A stretch of DNA of 63,943 nt, the filler included. It is 10 parts of 10 records of this genome, joined end to end, with 100 filler letters (N's around TTAATTAATTAA, not from the genome) between each part and the next. Parts side by side here need not be neighbours in the genome. Positions count along the whole stretch, not along the records: positions 56,886 to 63,943 come from SRR20825010_1654; 9 more parts are not named here. One strand, given 5' to 3'. The notes beneath the pieces are model-generated. The model was not told the origin of the DNA, made no database searches, and saw only the letters and a list, made by a program, of their open reading frames with translations. Shown here in pieces: positions 59,570 to 63,943 of the stretch. Numbering within the stretch: the first letter of the stretch is position 1; every line of letters starts with the position of its first letter. Both the position numbers and the translations under genes were made by a program.

Positions 59570-59726
59570 GAAAAAATCACCTTTAAGAACATTGGCCATT
59601 GTCACCCTGTTTGCACTGGGCCTGAGTGCCTGCGGCCAGCGCGGTCCTCTTTATTTGCCCGAACCGCCGCCACCCATGCCAAAACCAGCAGGCTACGACA
59701 AACCTGAACAACAGCAAAACCGCTAA
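59568..59726 (+). CDS. lptM: LptM/YifL-type small lipoprotein
   Basis: MKK signal peptide, lipobox LSAC followed by GQRGPLYLP; upstream of lysA. Confidence 0.88.
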   Translation: MKKSPLRTLAIVTLFALGLSACGQRGPLYLPEPPPPMPKPAGYDKPEQQQNR

Positions 59727-59753
59727 ACCCACAATTACCGAGCAAATTTTACC

Positions 59754-61061
59754 GTGCAAAACAATTCAGTGAACCCCAGCGACCTCAACCCACACTTGCA
59801 GTATGACGCTGCAACAGGCGAACTTCAGCTCGAAAACACAGAGCTTTCGGGTTTGGCTCAGGAATTCGGAACACCCCTGTACGTGTATTCAGCCAGCTCA
59901 ATCAAAGCAGCCTACCGCGCCTATGCAAGCGCCTGCCAAGGTTTGGCACAGGTCTCCATTTGTTATGCAGTTAAAGCCAACTCCAACATTCACATCCTGA
60001 AAACACTGGCCCAGGAAGGTGCAGGGTTCGACATTGTTTCAGCAGGTGAACTGGCCCGAGTCATTGCCGCAGGCGGCGACCCTCAAAAAGCCGTGTTTGC
60101 AGGCGTGGGCAAGTCCACACAGGAAATTGAATTCGCACTGGGGCAAGGCGTGGGCAGCTTCAATGTGGAATCAGAAGCTGAAATGGAACGTGTTGCGCAG
60201 GTGGCTGAAAAAATGCAGCGCAAAGCCAATGTGTCATTGCGAGTAAACCCCGACGTGGACGCCAAAACCCACCCCTACATTTCCACCGGCCTGAAAGAAA
60301 ACAAGTTTGGCGTTTCAATGAATGCAGCCAAACGGGTGTACCAGTTTGCCCATGCACACCCTTGGTTAAACGTGCACGGCATTGATTGCCACATCGGCTC
60401 GCAACTGACAGACGCCAGCCCATACTTCGATGCGCTAGACCGGGTACTTGCACTGCTCGACCAACTCGCTTCGGAAAACATCGACATCAACCACCTTGAT
60501 TTGGGCGGCGGCATCGGCATTCGATATCTGGATGAAACACCGCCAAGCCCTGCAGAAGTTTTGCCCAAATTGATTGCCAAAGTGAAGGCTTGGGCACAGG
60601 CCAAAAACCGCCCCATGCCCAGCCTGTCGTTCGAACCAGGCCGCTCTATCGTGGGCAACGCAGGTGTGTTACTGACCCAAGTCGAATTCCTGAAGGAGAA
60701 CGAAGGCAAGCATTTCGCGATTGTGGATGCTGCCATGAACGACCTGATGCGTCCAGCCATGTACAAAGCATTTCATGGCGTGGTGGTGGTACAGAAGAAT
60801 CCGCACGCAGCTGCGCAAGAATATGACGTGGTTGGCCCCGTGTGCGAATCAGGCGACTGGCTGGCCAAAAATCGCACCCTGGCCATTGAACAAGGTGATT
60901 ACCTTGCGATATTGTCCGCGGGTGCGTACGGCCAAACCATGGCCTCGAACTACAACAGCCGCGGCCGGGCAGCTGAAGTGCTGATAGAAAATGGCAAAGC
61001 CACCTTGATCAGGCGGCGCGAAACCATTGAAGACCAGCTTCGCCCCGAACTGGATTTATAA
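59754..61061 (+). CDS. lysA: Diaminopimelate decarboxylase
   Basis: YAVKAN (PLP Lys), HIGSQ, EPGR and CESGD motifs. Confidence 0.96.
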   Translation: MQNNSVNPSDLNPHLQYDAATGELQLENTELSGLAQEFGTPLYVYSASSIKAAYRAYASACQGLAQVSICYAVKANSNIHILKTLAQEGAGFDIVSAGELARVIAAGGDPQKAVFAGVGKSTQEIEFALGQGVGSFNVESEAEMERVAQVAEKMQRKANVSLRVNPDVDAKTHPYISTGLKENKFGVSMNAAKRVYQFAHAHPWLNVHGIDCHIGSQLTDASPYFDALDRVLALLDQLASENIDINHLDLGGGIGIRYLDETPPSPAEVLPKLIAKVKAWAQAKNRPMPSLSFEPGRSIVGNAGVLLTQVEFLKENEGKHFAIVDAAMNDLMRPAMYKAFHGVVVVQKNPHAAAQEYDVVGPVCESGDWLAKNRTLAIEQGDYLAILSAGAYGQTMASNYNSRGRAAEVLIENGKATLIRRRETIEDQLRPELDL

Positions 61062-61067
61062 GAAAAA

Positions 61068-62408
61068 TTACAGCTCACCGTAGGAATGCAGGCCCGACAG
61101 GAACATGTTCACGCCCAGAAAAGCGAAACCTGTCACCAGCAGCCCCACCAAAGCCCAGTACGAAGCAACCACACCACGCAAGCCTTTCACCAAGCGCATG
61201 TGCAACCAGGCCGCGTAGTTCAACCACACCACCAGCGCCCAGGTTTCCTTGGGGTCCCACTGCCAGTAGGCACCCCAGGCTTCAGCAGCCCACAAGGCAC
61301 CCAAAATGGTCGCCACGGTGAAGAAGGCAAAACCAACCGCAATCGACTTGTACATCACATCATCAAGCACTTCAAGCGGCGGCAAGGCATCGGCAATTCG
61401 CTTGCGGGCCAACAAAATAGCGCCCACCACCACACAGCCGATTCCAAAATACATGGCCCAGTAAACAGTTACACCACCACTGCGAAACACCAGCGGTTCC
61501 AGAAACATCAACACGCCCAAGGCACCGGTTGGAATCAGCGCCTTAATACTCGGCGCGTGGGCGTAAACCTTCAACAGGTAAGCAAATGCCACCATGGCCG
61601 ACAATGAAAACGTACCGTAACCAATGAAATTGGCAGGCACATGGATTTTCATCCACCAGCTTTGCAAAGCCGGCACCAAAGGCTGAATGGCATAGGCCTG
61701 GCGCTCAATCCCGTACCAGGCCAGAAAGCCCACAGCGGCCACCACCACCAGCATCACGAACGCACCCAACTGGCGGGTTTTGTACACCTGCTCGTAGAAC
61801 AGGTAATACATCGCCGTAATCAAGGCGAACAGCACAAACACTTCATACAGGTTGGACACGGGGATATGACCCACATCCGCACCAATCAAATAGCTTTCGT
61901 ACCAGCGAATGAACATGCCGGCAAAACCCATCACCACCGCACCCCAGGTCAGGGCCGTGCCCACAAAACTGGCCGTGGGTGAACGCCCCACCAAGCCAAT
62001 CCAGTAGGAAACCGTGGCCACCACAAACATCACACCCATCCACAAAATTGCAGACTGGCTGGAAAGCAGGTATTTCAGGAAAAACCGTTGATCCGCCGCA
62101 GCCAAATCACCACCGTAGCTTGAAATGGCCAACAGGCTTAACCCGGCCACACTCAGGATCAACCACTTCAGCGAACCCCAGCGGTAGGCCATGTAAGCAG
62201 TCACTGGCACGCAGCTCCACAAAATACTGATCTCGTAGATGTCCATGAAACTGTGGTACTGCTGCGAGGCATAAGCCGCCGCTGCAGCCAACAAGGCCGC
62301 AAAAGCAAAGTCGCTCCAGTGAAACGATTTTGAAAACCAGCCCGCCTTCTTGGTTGGCAAACCCGGTTTTTCACCCCCAGGTGCCTGGTTGATCCACGTC
62401 GAACTCAT
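61068..62408 (-). CDS. ccsB: Cytochrome c biogenesis protein CcsB/ResC (system II)
   Basis: WWD domain WAAEAWGAYWQWDPKETW, IHVP and GLHSY motifs. Confidence 0.93.
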   Translation of the reverse strand: MSSTWINQAPGGEKPGLPTKKAGWFSKSFHWSDFAFAALLAAAAAYASQQYHSFMDIYEISILWSCVPVTAYMAYRWGSLKWLILSVAGLSLLAISSYGGDLAAADQRFFLKYLLSSQSAILWMGVMFVVATVSYWIGLVGRSPTASFVGTALTWGAVVMGFAGMFIRWYESYLIGADVGHIPVSNLYEVFVLFALITAMYYLFYEQVYKTRQLGAFVMLVVVAAVGFLAWYGIERQAYAIQPLVPALQSWWMKIHVPANFIGYGTFSLSAMVAFAYLLKVYAHAPSIKALIPTGALGVLMFLEPLVFRSGGVTVYWAMYFGIGCVVVGAILLARKRIADALPPLEVLDDVMYKSIAVGFAFFTVATILGALWAAEAWGAYWQWDPKETWALVVWLNYAAWLHMRLVKGLRGVVASYWALVGLLVTGFAFLGVNMFLSGLHSYGEL

Positions 62409-63943
62409 ACCGCATCTCCTGCACTGGCCACTTTTTTGGAAGCCCTGCTATTCAATTCATTCACAAACTGCTCGTACTCTTTCTCAAAATCCATGGTCTT
62501 GCGCGTAGTCGACATGCCCATCATCACCCTCGATCCACCCTCATCATCCGTCACCCAGAAAAACGCTCGGCGTTCACGGATGTAGAACATTGAAAATACC
62601 CCGATGCACAAGAACAAACAACCCAGGTACACAATCCATTGCCCTGGCGCCTTGGCCAACTGAAACACACTGGCCTTCACCTCGTCAAACTGATCCAGCT
62701 GAAACATCACCGGCGCGCCGTACAGCGACAAGTCCGACAAGGCAATTTGTGCGTCCTGCACAAAACGGCCATGCACCTCATCAGGCACTGCTGGCTGCAA
62801 ATCCGCCGTTGTGCGGGAAAGTTGGTACACCTCCCACATGGCACCCTGCAACAGGCGGATAATCACGTCGCTTGCCCGCTCACGCTCACCTGCCGGCACA
62901 GTGGACTCAATAAACTGCGCAATGGCTGGCAAACCGGAAAGTCCGCCATCCGCGCCAGCAAACCGCTCCAGCGCACGCCGGGCGCTGTCAGCGACACTGA
63001 GCACCAATTGTGCTGAATCGGGACGATCACCAAAGGCCTGCTGTGCAAATCGCTTGGCCGCAGCGTCGCGAATCTGCGCACTTTGCAAAGCCGCCCGAAA
63101 TCTCATGAAGCCGTCCAGCTGGCCATTTTCATCCACAGGCAAACGCAGGTACTTGAAGCCATCGGCTGGGGTGTCACGCACACCCGCCAAATAATAACGA
63201 CCGCCGTCCAGGTTAATGGGCAACATGTAATTGTGAAACTCTCGGGCCTGCCCCGACTGATCACGCAGCTTGTACGTAATGCTAGGGCCAATGTTGGTGA
63301 ATTTGGTTTTTGCGTCTTCTTTCACCCCAGGGCCCAACACGCTGGCCAAATTCGTCTCGAAAGGCGACAAGGCATCAGCATTGCCCAAAGTCAGGTCGTC
63401 CACGCTCACCTGGTCAGAATTTTCAACCGGCAGTGCTTCCACGTTGATCGACTTGAACGCAGTGAATTCGATTTTCATCTGTTCATTCATGTCGCCTTGA
63501 AGCTGGCTTAAATCACGACCACCACCCACCACACCATCCAGGTCAAAGCGGTAATCACGCGCACCATTCAAGGGAATACCTTTTAACTGCACCTTGGTGC
63601 CACCATCATCGAAGCTGGACTGGTAAACAGTCACCCCTTTGTAGATCAGGGGCTTGTTCACCTCAATGGTCGCCTCGAAGCGTTCTTTGGTTTCCGGATC
63701 AAACACCACCACATCACTGGCGAACAGTTTGGGCATCCCGGTGCTGTAAAAATCGATGCGAAACTCTTTCAGGGTCAGTTCGAAAGGTAAGTCCTGGACC
63801 AGCAAACCATCGTCGGTGTTCAACACCGCAACACGGCTGGTTTCACCCTCGGGAAGCAACAGGTTGGCACGGTAACTGGGGTTAGACACCGCCAAACGGG
63901 CCTTGTCCGGAATCCCTGCATTAATTTCTGCACCAGTCACGGG
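62405..63943 (-). CDS. resB: Cytochrome c biogenesis protein ResB/CcsA (5' part outside the window)
   Basis: VNKPL.YKG..VYQSSF and PG..IVYLG..L..IG motifs; ATGA overlap with ccsB. Confidence 0.9.
   Translation of the reverse strand, partial: PVTGAEINAGIPDKARLAVSNPSYRANLLLPEGETSRVAVLNTDDGLLVQDLPFELTLKEFRIDFYSTGMPKLFASDVVVFDPETKERFEATIEVNKPLIYKGVTVYQSSFDDGGTKVQLKGIPLNGARDYRFDLDGVVGGGRDLSQLQGDMNEQMKIEFTAFKSINVEALPVENSDQVSVDDLTLGNADALSPFETNLASVLGPGVKEDAKTKFTNIGPSITYKLRDQSGQAREFHNYMLPINLDGGRYYLAGVRDTPADGFKYLRLPVDENGQLDGFMRFRAALQSAQIRDAAAKRFAQQAFGDRPDSAQLVLSVADSARRALERFAGADGGLSGLPAIAQFIESTVPAGERERASDVIIRLLQGAMWEVYQLSRTTADLQPAVPDEVHGRFVQDAQIALSDLSLYGAPVMFQLDQFDEVKASVFQLAKAPGQWIVYLGCLFLCIGVFSMFYIRERRAFFWVTDDEGGSRVMMGMSTTRKTMDFEKEYEQFVNELNSRASKKVASAGDAV

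Noticed and set aside
1-63943. CRISPR arrays, rRNA, tRNA, transposases, integrases, retron or other defence genes
   Set aside because: No regularly spaced repeats or recognisable motifs found by eye; a covariance-model scan would be needed to exclude small RNAs fully.

Overview
This window is not one locus. It is ten unrelated contigs joined by identical 100-nt artificial spacers (44 N + TTAATTAATTAA + 44 N) at 18557-18656, 22604-22703, 26037-26136, 30769-30868, 37462-37561, 42981-43080, 48689-48788, 52204-52303 and 56786-56885, so context is interpreted only within a contig. Taxon labels are impressions from gene content and style, not search results. Contig 1 (1-18556, alphaproteobacterial-like): pbpC and alpha-2-macroglobulin, a TetR-associated lipid/aromatic catabolic cluster, and modA. 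Contig 2 (rhizobial flagellar region): motC, fliK/motD, a lytic transglycosylase and rem/ftcR. Contig 3 (Marinobacter-like): ALDH end, Fe-ADH, a TM2 protein and WS/DGAT. Contig 4 (rhizobial): MCP, DUF2061, an XRE regulator and a DMT transporter. Contig 5 (high GC, Planctomycetota-like): rfbB end, three tandem PEP-CTERM-like surface proteins and a large TPR protein. Contig 6: a redox/detoxification cassette between two ATTCCC-N8-GGGAAT repeats. Contig 7: MFS, cyclase, Nfu, OsmC, CDP-alcohol transferase and MBL genes. Contig 8: a GT4 and a heparinase II/III-like lyase. Contig 9: a compact MOBF relaxase module of a mobile element. Contig 10 (betaproteobacterial): mrcA, cyaY, lptM, lysA, ccsB and resB. 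Two signals stand out. (a) Contig 9 has a ~175-nt imperfect hairpin with the geometry of a single-stranded-DNA (Frpo-like) promoter. It would drive a small ssDNA-binding-like gene and an orphan DNA methyltransferase beside a TrwC/TraI-type relaxase. (b) Contig 5 has three separately terminated PEP-CTERM-type proteins that all carry the Cys / QxxIW / Gln signature of Cys-Gln thioester ('chemical harpoon') adhesin domains. No rRNA, tRNA or CRISPR array was seen.
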